Counted from the first letter of the stretch, positions 42,854 through 56,169 are shown. The stretch is DNA of 64,000 nt from Paraspadella gotoi (GCA_051294375.1 CM119265.1:15538963-15602962), one strand, 5' to 3'. The notes: generated by a model from the letters alone, not told the origin. Numbers and translations are program-made.

Positions 42854-45800
42854 TTAGTGATAAACGAAGTCCCAATTATCGTTAGTCTGCAGCTTTTTCA
42901 ATGCTTCGGCAGTCAGTCCCGGTTCGCCGTACGTCAGCGGCGAAAGAGTCTTAAAGGTATCGAAGACAAAGAAGACCCAGACGGCGACGCCCATCGTGAG
43001 CAGGTGCTGCAGATGGCCGAGACGCGAGAAAAGCGTCCCCACGTGATCGACTAGGAAAGCGAGACAGAGGATCTTGAAATACAGCGCCGGAATGTAGTGG
43101 TGTAGGAAGAGGGTATGATCGTAGACGAAATAGGGAACAAAGTGAAGGCAGTAGCCGCCGACAAAGAGCCATCCCGCGAGACGGAAGGTGGACCACCAGT
43201 CGAAAAGAAGGAGGGCGGCGGCGTCGTCGATGCCCTCCACGTCATCCAGATCCTCATCCTCGTCTTCGACGACGTTTTCCTCGGTGGGTGCGTCGGTCAG
43301 CGTATCACTCGGGATCGTGATCCACCCGCGCCGAATAAGCAAGAGGTAAAGTGCGAGAAACAAAAAGTAAAACAGGATGGCGAGGAAGGCGGAACGCCAT
43401 ATGATGGGATTTCCGATGAGATGGATCTGAGAGTGGGAGGTGGTCGATGCCCAATAGCCGACTGTAGTGTCGAGCAAAGGCCAATCGGATGGCGTCGAGC
43501 CGAAGCGATGTTCTGAAGAGAATACAGATTACAATACAAGACTACAAGTATACAAAAAAAAAGGAAAGCCTTGTCACTTGATTCTCACCTTTAGGAATAT
43601 CATGAATCGTGGTAATCATCTTGACCTGTAACTCGTAGACCTTCTCAAAGAGTCCAAGACTGACGGGATTGGATGGGATGAAATCGGACTGGAGCAGATC
43701 GCGTTTCCGTTTTACCTCTTCATCGGCGCCCTGCTCCTGATCCCCCGATTTTATCATTTGATGCTCTTCCACGTTCCACAGAGTTGGATTTTGTTTCGTT
43801 ACTCGATCCGTTGTCACCTCCAACTGGTTAAAAGAAAATTTGAAGGCGTGAACTTTCAAGCTGAGATTAACTTGAAAAGAAAATTTTGTGCGAATGCTTT
43901 CTTCCTTCTTATACCTGGTGAAACCCCCAATCGGGAAGCATCTTCCCGGTCGACTTGAGTGCCTGTTTCGTTTCCACGTGGACGAGTCTGATTCGGGAAC
44001 TGATAGGTCGCCATTGGACGGCATCGTCTCCCGCTTCGGCGCCTTCCACCTCCAAGCGCCACAGGTTCTGAGCCGGCATAGAGACGTTGTAGTCGACGTA
44101 ACAGGACACTTCCTGATTTTCCGGCGTTAATGGTGCCGCCACGTCGTGCGAGTTGAGGGATCTTCCTGTCATTCCGTGGATTATCTGTATGACGTCGCCG
44201 TTCTCTAAGGGGCGCAGCTCGTCGGGATCGGTTGGCAACACATCCGTACGAGGAGACTGTGTAAACAAAACAGTAAAATGTGCATCGCATTTAAAACATA
44301 TGAAAATAATGTGTTTTTTTTTACCAACCTTGACGATCCACCAATTATTGACGTCCTTGAAGGGGTAGCACGTTACTTGCTGCTGATGACTGGACCCTCT
44401 GTTGTCGGGATATTTGATGGGGTAAAAATGCTGGTGCGAGTGAAGCCAACAAGCAGGATGATGAAAACTGTTACGTAACGTGATTTGAGAGCCAATTTTA
44501 ATAAAAGGGGGTTGACCTTCGACGATGGAGGCCAACCCGCCTTCTAAAGACGCCTGAAAACAAAGGGAAAAACCGTTAAATCGAAAAGAATTTAAACATT
44601 TTAATTAGGAGAAAAACAATTTTTATTTGTTTTGACAACGAATTTTAGTGACAATTTGACAGACATGTTTCGACTCTTTTCTTTTTAGAGTCTTCATCAG
44701 TGAAGACTCTAAAAATACAGAGTCGAAACATGTCTGTCAAATTGTCACTAAAATTCGTTGTCAAAACAAATAAAAATTGTTTTTCTCCTAATGCCCATAA
44801 ACAACGAAATCGAAAGTCTATACACAATGTCTAACATTTTAATTTTAATCGAAAATCTGAAAACCTGAAAAGCCGAGGTCATTATGTGGTCGTGAGGTCC
44901 AGCTTTTGTCAACATCATCACATGCCCCGATAAGATGAAGCTGTATAAAAAAAGAGGAAGCGCAACTACCAAACTGGCTATCACGCAAGCGCGTGCCGCG
45001 AGAGATCGTGAGGAGAGCGAGAGATCGGGCAACTGGCGCCGCCAAAAGTCGACGCACACGGCGGCGACGCACATCATCCACGTGTAGACGGCAGAATATT
45101 TGACGGAAAAAGCGAGACCGACGGAGAGGCCGGTGCACGTCAACCAAGAGAGATGACGAAGAGAGAAGGGTCGCGACTTGATCACTTTAAGGAGCGAAAC
45201 GAAGGCGAAGGAGATGCAGCAGAGGAGGATGGAATCCAGGAGGATGAAGCGAGACTGGACGAGGAGGGCGTTGTCAAGAATGATGAGAACAGCGCCTGAG
45301 ATAAATCGCAAAAATTTTAAACTTGATGAAAGAATATAATGAATACAGAAGGCTTCATATTATAAAATGTGGTACCCCTTTTTTGTGACCAGAATCTGTT
45401 CCCACCAAACTACCTGATCGAATTTAATGAAATTTTACATTTAGAGTGCTAATGACTATATAAATGGAACTATCGAGGCGAATTTTGATATTCAACCCCT
45501 GACAAGAGATACAGGGCCCTGGGGGTGGACCCCTGGGGGGGCCAAAAAATTCTAAATTTTTTTTTCATTTTTCAAATTTTTTCAGTAGCATCAGGTGCAT
45601 TGTCGTTTCAAACATAAGAAAAATTTTTGACCATTTTTCGCCCCCATGGGTGACCCCTGGGGGCGGGGGCCCATATCTCGGCTCAGCGGTCAATATTGAA
45701 ATTCGCCTCTATTGTTTTATTAGTATTCACATAGGGATCGTTCATTCCAAATTTCAATAAATTTGGTCCAGTAGTTTTCTCGGAACGAGTTCTGGTCACA

Positions 45801-46938
45801 AAAAAAAGGGGTACTATGGCAACAGCCGGGTTGCCTGTGATGCCCATTGGGATGGGGCATCTCACTGTTGGCTTTGGGGGCTTCCGACCCTCAGTGACGC
45901 CTCCAGTCACTGGCGGGTTACCCTAGGACGGTCTCGCTTTGCCAACGCAGAGGGAAGTCGTTAGGACTGTGGATGGAACACTACGCCTGGGATGGTGTGT
46001 TTCCCTCTCTGAGCCAATGGATTTGGCTGACGGATGGTGGACGTGAGGCGGTGTGAATATACGCCACAGTACCACATTTATAATATGAAGCCTTCTTTAT
46101 ATATGTATATCACAACAGCTAAAAACGCACCCAACGAAGCCGTCCACGAAGAGCATCCGACCTCCAGCAAAAGGTGATACGTCAGCGGAGACAGAAGCGA
46201 TCCACAAAAAGCGGGTACGAATCTCAAGTGCCACAAAGGGATCGTCGGAGGATACTCAGCGCCGATCTTGTCCAAGTTGAACTGGCCGTCGAAACCGGCG
46301 TAGCGTCCGGCCAAGGCTATGAACATTTTACCAAGAGGTGGATTTGCATCGAAGAAGAATATGCCATTGAGATAGTGCGAGGCGAATTTTCCGAAGTTGA
46401 GCTCGTCGAAAACGACGGCGCGAGGCTCCTCCAGCTTGTAAAAGCGCGTAGACAGCGCCGTCACAAAGAGGAGAACCGAAAGGGCGTCCACCTCCAACTT
46501 GAGAGACTCGAAAAAAGAATCGACGGCCGCGAAAGTTCCCGAAGGACCCGAAGTCGAACCGGCGATGGAGCCCGCGGCCGACGAGTGACGTAGTCGGCGT
46601 TTGGGAGATGATGACACCATCCCACCGTCAGACCGGTTTCGCCCGCGAGCGCCTCTCGGAGAAGACCTAGGCGTTTCCGGTTTCGACTGAGCGGCGACTT
46701 CTCGCGCCATTTTTGAGTGGGACGGTTCTTTTCCGGCGGTCGTCGACGGGAAGAATTCGGGTAAGGCGTCAATAACGCCGGGTGGTGGCGGGTCGCCGAG
46801 CGCTCGGCGGGGGACGATGGATCGAGGATTGTCGAATCCTTTGGTCGATAGGATGGGACTTAAAAGTTCGGCGTCGAATCGACTTGAGGTTCGCTCGCCT
46901 TTTTGTTTCTGGGAATGGATCTTCGCAACATCGGTCAT
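42854..46938 (-). CDS. POMT1: Protein O-mannosyltransferase 1
   Basis: [11 protein letters not shown]...[28 protein letters not shown]...[20 protein letters not shown] (POMT1-type), MIR repeats, [30 protein letters not shown]. Confidence 0.96.
44604..44792. mobile_element. 189-bp near-perfect palindrome (inverted Penelope-like pLTR fragments) with a hammerhead core on the minus strand (44662-44700)
   Basis: The arms are near-perfect reverse complements; the minus strand reads CTGATGA-A-GACTCT...AGAGTC-GAAAC-ATGTC. Confidence 0.75.
45347..46096. mobile_element. Non-autonomous element with nested inverted repeats in a POMT1 intron
   Basis: Outer ~28-bp TIR AGAAGGCTTCATATTATAAA(A)TGTGGTAC; inner IR GTACCCCTTTTTTGTGACCAGAA (45372- / -45814); the 3' part is repeated at 12559-12805. 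Confidence 0.8.
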
Positions 46939-47322
46939 ATCACCGTCCAGATTGACTATTTGTCACGTTTAAACAGCTAAATATGGATCGGAGTTTTTAC
47001 CGTGATCCTTCATCTGTGATTACAAGTTATGCAGAATTTACAAATTACATATTCAGAAACGGCATCGTTTTACAATTCATAATTTATTCATCACAACCTT
47101 TGACAAGGGCTTACAATCATGAGTCAAAAATCCACACGCGCACACACAAGATATTCCACTGAGAGACTTTTTCTTTCCGTCATCTCGAACACCAACTTCA
47201 AAGCAACCGCGTATCACTATGCCGAGTGTAAAGTAACAAAAAAACAAAGAAGCTGCTGTGAGCAAAGCAATTTTAAAAGAACAAAGCGATCGGCAACTAA
47301 CTAAAGTTTTTGGCCGAGTCGG

Positions 47323-48089
47323 TTAACCCGTAAAATAGGTCACCTTTTCTTCACCCTCATTGGGTTTCTTTTTCTTGGCGTTGTAGTCCTTCAGCGCAGC
47401 CTGAATCGCGTCTTCGGCCAACATGGAGCAATGAAGCTTTACCGGCGGCAAACGAAGTTCCTTGGCGATATCAGTGTTTTTGATTGTCGACGCTTCCTCC
47501 AGAGTTCGACCTAATAAACGAACGTCGAAATTATCGCAGTTATTCGAAACGAGAAGAAACTTAACTCAACCCGTGCACGCCTTACCTATAATCCACTCAG
47601 TAGCGAGGGAAGAAGAAGCGATGGCAGATCCGCAGCCGAAAGTCTTGAACCGAGCATCCACAATCTTTCCGTCTTCGTCAACTTTGATCTGGAACGAAGC
47701 ACCGTCAGTTTCAAAGTCGAACAATGACTGCAATGATCGACCGCCTCGTCAAATTCGGCACGACTTGCCTGCAATTTCATGACGTCCCCACAAGCGGGCG
47801 CTCCAACGAGACCAGTGCCCACGTTTTTGTCGCTTTTGTCCAGCGAGCCGACGTTGCGAGGATTTTCGTAGTGATCGATCACATTGTCGTGATAATGTCG
47901 TGGGGCAACCAAGCTTGGAAAGGAGGCTTAATTGGATAAAAGAGGAGAATGAAGAGAATCTTTTTCCTAACTCAAGCATTTAGGTGCGTGTTGTTTCTCA
48001 CCAGCCGTCTGGGGGGCACGACGAATTGCGGCTCCATTAGCAATTCCTCGTAAAGCATTTCCAGCGAGAATTCGAAGGGACGACGCCAT
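47323..48089 (-). CDS. ISCU: Iron-sulfur cluster scaffold protein IscU
   Basis: YHDNVIDHYENPRNVGS...GLVGAPACGDVMKLQIKV...FKTFGCGSAIASSSLATEW...LPPVKLHCSMLAEDAI; contains a GC-AG intron at 47768-47689. Confidence 0.97.
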
Positions 48090-48445
48090 ATTCTACAGTT
48101 ACTGGGCAACTATACTAATCGATATCTGTAAACTTAATACACGAAAATTCAACGCTACGGCACTGACATCGCAAAGAGAAAAAAATCGCAGCAAAAAATT
48201 AAGGGTGTAAAAAAAAATTAGGGAGCGGGCCAATGAAACAATAATAACTGCGATTATGTTCTATTTATAGAACAAAGATCTAGGGTAGCTAAGGCGATGC
48301 AGATACCAAAAAAAAAAAAACATTATGAACCGATTGAGGGGAAATCGATGCTGATCCTCGAAGCGGAGCGAGACAACCGAGTTAAATTAGCCAACTTTAT
48401 CACAGGAGAGTGTTTTTTTTCGCTGGGCACTTTTCCGTCTTCTAA

Positions 48446-51379
48446 TCAACTGGAGGAGGAGGATCTGTGCCGCGTGGAGCTCTCGGCGTCGTCTCGCGTC
48501 TCGTCGTCATCGGCGCCGATGACGGCGTCTGGATCGTCAACGGGCCACCACGTCGGCACTTTAGCGTAACACTCCGTCTCGTGACCCTTGCCGACGACAA
48601 TGAGACGACCTCCGCTCATGGTTACGCGGACCAAACCGATAGCATAGACGCCGACGCCATTGCGAAACTTTCCTATTTTATAGTTTTGTGTCAATTAAAA
48701 AGTAATAAAAAAAAACTTGAAAACAAGTTTGAGCAAAAAATGGCGGATCTGCCCACGATAATTAGCGGTAAGCAGCTGATCAGATAATTAATTAATTAAT
48801 ATTTTTTTTTTATTCGTGTCAAAATCGTTTTCCACTTTGTCTCGCTTCTCAATCACAAAACAACAATCTCGATCACAAAATTAATTAATGAATTACAAAT
48901 AATTAATAAATTACTTATTTATTAATAATTAATTAATGCATCTTGAATTTAAATTTAATATAAAATAAAAAAGCATAATCAAATAGTGAAATAGATTGTT
49001 TGTTTTTTCAATTTTAACTCATTTCCACTTGGACGATTCCATCGAAACTTTATTTCCTGCTCAATCACACACTTTCCTACCCACATACAAAATTTGAAGT
49101 CAATCGCCCCATTCACTTATGAGTAGTTGTTTAAATAGTGAAATTTATTTTTTTTATTTTTTCCATTTTAACTCATTTCCACTCGACGATTCCATCTTAA
49201 CTGATTTCCAGCTCAATCACACACTTTCCTACCCACACACAAAATTTGATTCCAATCCCTCCATCAAATCTCGAGTAATTGGTGGGACGGACGGACAGAC
49301 AGACAGACGGACATTATTTTTTTTGTGCATAATTTATCATAATTCAATGTTCTAACTATGGGTAGCCCCACTCAATGGGGTGAGTCAAAAAATGATTACA
49401 TGCTCAAACGAAAATTTATACATTTTGAAGTATACTTTCAGTGGACAAAACATTTCTTATATGGCGCTATACCCAAATAATTAATTTTTTTATATTAATT
49501 AATAAATAGGAAAGGCCAAAATTTTTTTGGATAATTTTTAAATTTTAAGACCAGATTCAGATAGCTCATGAAAAGTTATCTACACAAAGTATAATTCTTT
49601 TTTCAATATTTTCATGATAAGTGAGTCAAAAATAAGAAAAACCGTAAAAAATCATTATCATCTTTCGATGATTATATCAGTTTTTTTATATTTTCACATA
49701 GAAAACGTAAGAATTCTTAAAAGCTGTAATTATATTTATTGTCTAACTTTTTATGCTCTTTCAGAATCCATCATTTTAAAATTTTTTTAAAAAAATTGTT
49801 ATAATGTAAAAAAAGACAAGTAATATTTAATGTATTAATCAAGACGTATAATGTAAGTTTTTTTGGAAAAAGATTGCTTAAATATTTAGTCAAGACAACT
49901 AAAAATACTTTACTAATAGTCAAAATTTTATATTATCTCTGGAGTTGGTCCCTATTCTTACATGATATAAGTGAATGCCCGACAAGATTGGGGGGGCGGA
50001 CCGACAAAGTGAATTATAGAGCCGGAATCTGCTGTAAGCAGATCCGGCTAAAAATTAATCCACACTAAGACATCCTCAGAAACACCCATCCTCAAATGTC
50101 TAACCGGCGTCTTTGCCCGCCGTGTTGAGAATAAGATTGTCGGGAAAAGGGCCTTGTTCCGCGGAAATCGGCGTCGAAAGAATGAGAGGCATGATGCGCT
50201 TTCGAATAACGCCAGTGTGATGAGTTCGAGCCGTCAGTTCTTGACCTAAATAACAACCCTAAAAAATACCCGATAAATTTAATTAATCACAATGTGCCAG
50301 TTTGATTCTGTAGATTACCTTGCTAAATGAGACTCCGTTGAGAAAAACAAGGTTTGACTCCAAAGGAAAGGCTTTTCCGGGTTCTAAATCGGATGCTCCC
50401 TCCGCGATTCCCAGCTTGTAACGGTGTTCTCGGTATTCGCTCATTGGACGAGCCACGGCGCCGCTGTCCAGGGCGTCGCACACGTTACTTCCCTTACCGA
50501 CCAAAACTCGCCATCCAATGTCTTAACAGGGAATGAAGAGGTCGCTGAGATGCGGTTAGCGAAATTCAAGGGAGTAGATAGTTTGCGTACCTTTTAACCG
50601 AGGATCACGACAGGACTTGACGATAGGATCGAGAGCTTGGGCAAACTCGGATTTTCTTGGTAGAGAAGAAACGCTTGCCATCCTTTCTGTAGTCGGTCGG
50701 ACCGCGTGAACCTACGATGGCAGGAAATAAAAAAAATGAGCTACTGACTAGCGACTACCCGTTCATACAGATTAGAAATCTCCCGCTAACGTACGTCGTA
50801 AACGTCGGACACGTCGACGATGTCGCAATTCTTTCTCAACTTATACTTTTTCAAATGGGAAATTATGTCCGAGGTGACGCTGGATTCGCATTCGAGAAGA
50901 TATTTCATCTGGGAACCTCCACCAGACGAAGCATTGTAGATGAGGACGTCATATAAAACGCGACCCTGTGGCAGCAAAACGATGTAAAAACGTGAGAACG
51001 ATAAATGAGACAAAATAAAGCAATAGCCAGAAATCTGAACCTGGAGATTAAGCATCATGGCGTAAATCGCAGGATTGGAGTCAAGAAGCGCCACGTCTTG
51101 CGTGACGAGTCCTTGAAGCAGGGTCTGGGTGTCGGGTCCCTCAAGGCGTACAACCCCACGATCCTCGAGCGAATGGACGACGAGACCCGGAGGTCCCGTT
51201 TTCGACTCGTCGGCCGATTCTTTAGATTTGTCAGCTTTGTCTGCCGAGTCGCAATAGTTTTGTCGGGGAACGACGGGTGGCTTCGCGGAAACTCGGGGCA
51301 AGAATCGTGTCGCCGCCGCGCGGTCGAACGATCGAGTCCCATACGAGCGGCAAAATGACAAAACTCGAGAGGACAGCAT
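48446..51379 (-). CDS. IBA57: IBA57 (CAF17/YgfZ-like) mitochondrial Fe-S assembly factor
   Basis: [13 protein letters not shown]...[45 protein letters not shown], signature [30 protein letters not shown]. Confidence 0.94.
48721..50050 (+). mobile_element. HINE/DINE-1-like element with an internal insertion (~49353-49980) in an IBA57 intron
   Basis: Same ends, GACG/GACA microsatellite and terminal hairpin as the other copies; internal segment duplication at 49016-49095 / 49167-49240. Confidence 0.75.
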
Positions 51380-51408
51380 CGTTTCAGAGGGCGGAAAAGA
51401 GTGAGAAA

Positions 51409-51588
51409 CTAAGAAGTGGACTCGAGAGATTTTAACGCTTCGGCCTGTTTTGCCGCAATCTCATCCTCGATCCTACGGCGACGAATAGATTGAATGTCGT
51501 CTTTGTTTTGCATGAAAAGATAAGCGCAGTAACCACAAAAGCCAAGGCCGGCAATCGTCGTTCCGATGGCGATGTTTACTCCGGTTTT
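51409..51588 (-). CDS. Last exon of a small single-pass membrane protein (COX14-like in size and layout, tentative)
   Basis: Acceptor TTTTTTGACAG, then KTGVNIAIGTTIAGLGFCGYCAYLFMQNKDDIQSIRRRRIEDEIAAKQAEALKSLESTS*. The first exon was not resolved. Confidence 0.55.
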   Translation of the reverse strand, partial: KTGVNIAIGTTIAGLGFCGYCAYLFMQNKDDIQSIRRRRIEDEIAAKQAEALKSLESTS

Positions 51589-52571
51589 CTGTCAAAAAAC
51601 GCCAAACCATGAAAAGGATCTAATATCGTAGTTGTGAAGTATATCCTTACACTAATAAGGGTCGAATCTTCTTAAGTAATAGACAATTTTTTTGGTTTAC
51701 CTAGTAGTTAACTGAATAGAAGTAGGCAATTTCTAATTAAGGAAAGTAGATTTAAAATAAAAATATAACTTACTAGGAGTCTACGTCGTTCTTAGAGATC
51801 GAGGAAGACTTTTTCAATGGAGATTTTCGTTCAAATCTGACTACCAAACAATATAAACGCTCCTAGTAAAAATTCTGGTAAAATATCGATGTAAAAACAC
51901 TTGATTCTGATCCTGTTGCATCTGAAGGGCTCGCATTTTTTTTCTCTTGTCAAATCATCAACATCTTGATATCAAACAAGCCAGAACAAATAGACTGCAT
52001 CTGGACAGAAAAATTTTCCATCTCTGATTTTATATAGAAATGAAAGGGATTTTTTTTCCTTGAAAACGATATAAACGTGACTGAGGTAAGTTCCTGTTCA
52101 ACAAATGAGGTCCAATTTTGGAATCCTTTGGCAAAGTGTCTGAAGGGCTCTCAAAATTTTTCTTTACATTTTATTTGGTTATTTTGATATGATACGATCA
52201 TGGTAAAGTGAATTAGTCCATTTTGGTGAAATTTTTATTTAAAGTAAAAGAGGAGCTAACGATCGGAATTCTAAGAGTTATCAACCGGGAGTCAGATTCG
52301 AGAAAAATCTTCTATGGCGAAAATCTTCCAAAGAAGGGGTGGATTTTCCGAAGATTTTGGTTAATATTTTCTATATTTATAGTCGGATTTTTTTGAAACT
52401 TAATATTAACAATATTGCCATCATTCTACCTTGGCTGGTATAAGAATATATTAAAAAAACCTCGGGCTTTGTTCGTCAGAGCCTAGTCCTAAACTTACGA
52501 ACTTACAATCTAATTTGTAATAATTAAAAAGAGAAACATTAACATAAGTTTAAATAAAATAATAATAAATT

Positions 52572-53022
52572 AAACAAGTTTGAGCAAGCAATGTCGGTTC
52601 TGCCCAAGATCATTAGCGGTAATTAATTAATAAATTAAACAAATTTTTTGCCAAAAAATTTTGGGTCTTTTCGTCACTGACCAAGACAAAAGCAACGACG
52701 ACGTTGATGGCGACGACGACAATAATGCCGATAACGATTGACTTGATTGATTGATTAAATAATTAATTAATTGATAAATAAATTTATTGAAAAATTAATT
52801 GATTGATTAATTGACCGATTAATTAACTGATTAATTATTTGAATAATTAATCCATCTTGTATTTACATTTAATATAACAAAAAAAAAGCATAATAATTTT
52901 AATCAATGAGTGAAACAGGTTTTTGTTTTTTTATTTAAACTCTTTTCAACTAAGACGATTACATCGAAATTTGTTTTCCAGCTTAATTACACACTTTCCT
53001 ACCCACATCCACTCATGAGTAA
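52572..53022 (+). mobile_element. Truncated HINE/DINE-1-like copy
   Basis: AAACAAGTTTGAGCAAGCAATGTCGG...CCCAAGATCATTAGCG matches the reverse complement of 18020-18066 and the 48721 copy. Confidence 0.75.
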
Positions 53023-54568
53023 TTGGCGTCCAAATATTTGAATATCATGACCATTGTATTTGTTCTTTCTATATCTTAGTCGAATCTTTTAACTTAATCA
53101 GCTATTATTGTAGGTATCCAATAAATTGCTATGATAATGAGCAAAGAGTTCTAGTGAGCTTAAGCTTTGATAATAAATAAATAAATAAAATACAAAAGTT
53201 TTTTTTGAATGATTTGCGTCAGGGGTACATTTATACATTTTTTATCAATCTATTTTATCGTCACAATATAATTTTATGGGTATCGGTCTGGTAGTAGCTT
53301 ACACACTTAAAGCCATATCATTGCTGATACTTTAATGATACTTTCATACCGGGTGGAAAAGCAGTAATAATAAATTATAAATAGTTGATAATGTTACGGT
53401 TACGCTCATGCCTTCTCTCCTTCAGGATCATCGGCCTCCGTTCATCATCGATATATATATATAGTTTTATTTTTCTATAATAAACAAAGCAAAATATTCT
53501 GATTCAAAAATTGTCTATCTTAATTAAGAAAAATATTTTCTCTTAGTTGAATGTCACTTTGCTCAATTTATCAGGCAAAATATTACCTAGGTTCGACCCT
53601 TATACACTAACTACGTTTTGAACAGTTTAACTACTATTCCTTAATTATAAATCATAAGCGTTGATTTAAAAATATACCTGTACTTTTCTGGTGATATTGA
53701 AAAATCGTTCGTTTTTTGTTCTTTCTCCGTGGTTTACTTGTGCCTATCTTTTTCTGCTTGCTTTCAAAACCAACTTTTATAGGCTAAACTTGTACAAATA
53801 TATAAGTATAATAGTTCATTTGATAAAATCTAGCGATTAATTTTTTTTCATTATTACAAGCTATTAATGAAACCGTAAAAAATAAAACTTCGCAGAGGTG
53901 AGAATAAAAAATTCTCACGCTTGATAACAAGTTTGTATTGCAAAGTTCTACTAACATGAGCGATATCGAAGAATCGACGCCTCCTAGCTGCAGCCGAGAG
54001 TTGGTAGTCTCTTTTCATGATGCATCGGCCTTTGGCACTTTTTGAACTGAAAGGTCTCAGACATTTAAAAAATAATCTAGAGATTACTTCAAAAATAATC
54101 TAAAATAATAAGTTTGTTTAAAGAAAGAATCACAATTGTTACGTCACATTTATAAAGTTTGAGTAGGTAGAAATGGATCAAGTAAATTTGCAAATTCAAT
54201 ACAACATAAATTCTTGAGAAAAATCCAAAATACCTCGATTATTTTCAGCAAATTTTACGAAAATATCCGATATTTATCAGCAATAAGTATTACCGACTAC
54301 ATTTAACAGATAATTTAAATACTGTAAACATAATTTTTAATACATAACGGATAATTTCAAATTTAAAAAAATCAACAAAAAATAGTAAAAAATATATACT
54401 GACGATACATTCATATAGGAAGTGTAAATGTCGAAAGAGCTTGGTATGTAAATAGAAGTACAAAATGATGCGGTAATAATTTAATATTCAGCTTTATTAT
54501 AAAAGTACAATATTGAAAGAACATTAAATAAAAAATGTATAGTATCTTGGCGCTTTGTTGTCCGCAAA

Positions 54569-56169
54569 TTAGATGTCGTTGCGAGCAATGACGACGAATC
54601 CCGCAGGTTGGCTGACGAAAGGATAAAGGGACGAAACTTGGTCCTTGACATGTCGAGCACTTCGTCCACGCCGCGGCTGCGGAGGCGGCGGCGAGGGGGA
54701 ACGCAACAGACCGTCCACGCTGAAGGAAAGGCTGATCTCCTAAAATTCGGAGGGAGGAGAGGCAATAAAAGTCAATAAGTCAATAGAAAAATGGCAAGTG
54801 TGTAAACTTCTAACCTGCATTGTCATTTCGACGGCATTTTTGAGATCGTCCGCGTATGACTTTAATTTGTCATCCTCATCGGCGTCAATGTCGACGTCGC
54901 TGAAGTCATCGACGATATTAATTTCACCGGATTCGCTGGATTTTTCACTTTCATCGTCCGCTGCAATTCCCGGCGTCTCCGTCTTGTTCGGATCCTCCGC
55001 GCGTCTCTCCGCCCCCTCCGCTATGGGATTGACATCGGAGAGGGAAGATTCCGGCTCTATTTTGGCGGAGACGTTCTGTGTGGTTGATAAAATTTTTGTT
55101 TTTCATCGAGTGTTTAACTGATGACAAATTGCAGAGATAAATCGATCGCTAAATCAAATCCTAATAAAATCACTGGAAAAAAAAATCTTATTACGATCTT
55201 CATCTCACCTTCTTCCCTCTGCCGTGTGGGGATGCGCCGTTGGCGCTCCACATCTGCTTCTCGAGCTTCTTGAGTCGCTTCTTTTCGGCGTTCTCTGCCT
55301 CCTTCCGCTTCATCTCTTCGGGATCGATCGGCACGCCGGAGCACGTGCGGGGCTGCGCGCTGTGAGGCGGACGGCCCGGCCCTTTGCGCGTGTTCTCCTT
55401 CTTGCGCCATTTCGCTCGTCTTTCGTCAAAAAGAGAAATTCGTGTGGCGCAAACACGGCGGCTTTCTAAAGCTTAACAAAAAGACATCCACCTGTTCTGA
55501 AACCACACTTGGACGCGCGACTCGGCCAAATCCAGTCTCAACGCGAGAGCCTCTCGCATGAAGACGTCCGGATAATGAGACTCGGTAAAGGCCAGCTCGA
55601 GTTCGTCGATCTGCCAGGACGTGAAGTTGGTGCGAGTTCGCCTTCGTTTGTTGTTAGCGGAACTGAGAAAAACATAAAAAAAAAATAGTTTCCTGCGCTC
55701 GCATATCGGACGACAGTCAAATTTCATACCTGTCTCTCCCGCAACCCAGAGCCGGATGATGTTGAAGAACGAGAGCGTGGTGTGGGTTAAAGGATTGACC
55801 AGTGGAACCAAGCAACATCGACGCTGCCTCTGTCCCGGCGGTCATGCCCAGCGATTGGTTCTGGCTATGTTCGCCGGCGTGGCCGCCTCCCCCTCCCCCG
55901 GTACGAGACCCGTTTAATGGCAAAAAGTGACTGGCGGGTGACGGGTAAAAGGGAAATTGAGAGGGGAAGTGATCGACTGCAGAATGGGGTAGAGAAGACG
56001 ACAGGTCGGGGGGAAACCGGTCGGTCCGGGTCGGACCCTCCGACAAAACATCCACCGATTCGTCCTCGCAATTTCTACTGGGTTTAGCGTCATTTTGCAA
56101 AATCCCTTCTATGCTGAAAGGAATAACGTTCGGTTGGCCGCGTTCAGAGGGCGGGGGAAACCGGACCAT
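54569..56169 (-). CDS. UNCX: UNC-4/Uncx paired-like homeobox protein
   Basis: [70 protein letters not shown]...TCSG (UNC-4 signature); eh1-like motifs FSIEGIL and FSVDGLL; C-terminal QPAGFVV. Confidence 0.94.

Noticed and set aside
51780-54060. Possible additional plus-strand gene fragments (e.g. ATG at ~53956, MSDIEESTPPSCSREL)
   Set aside because: No consistent multi-exon ORF could be assembled and no family was recognised.
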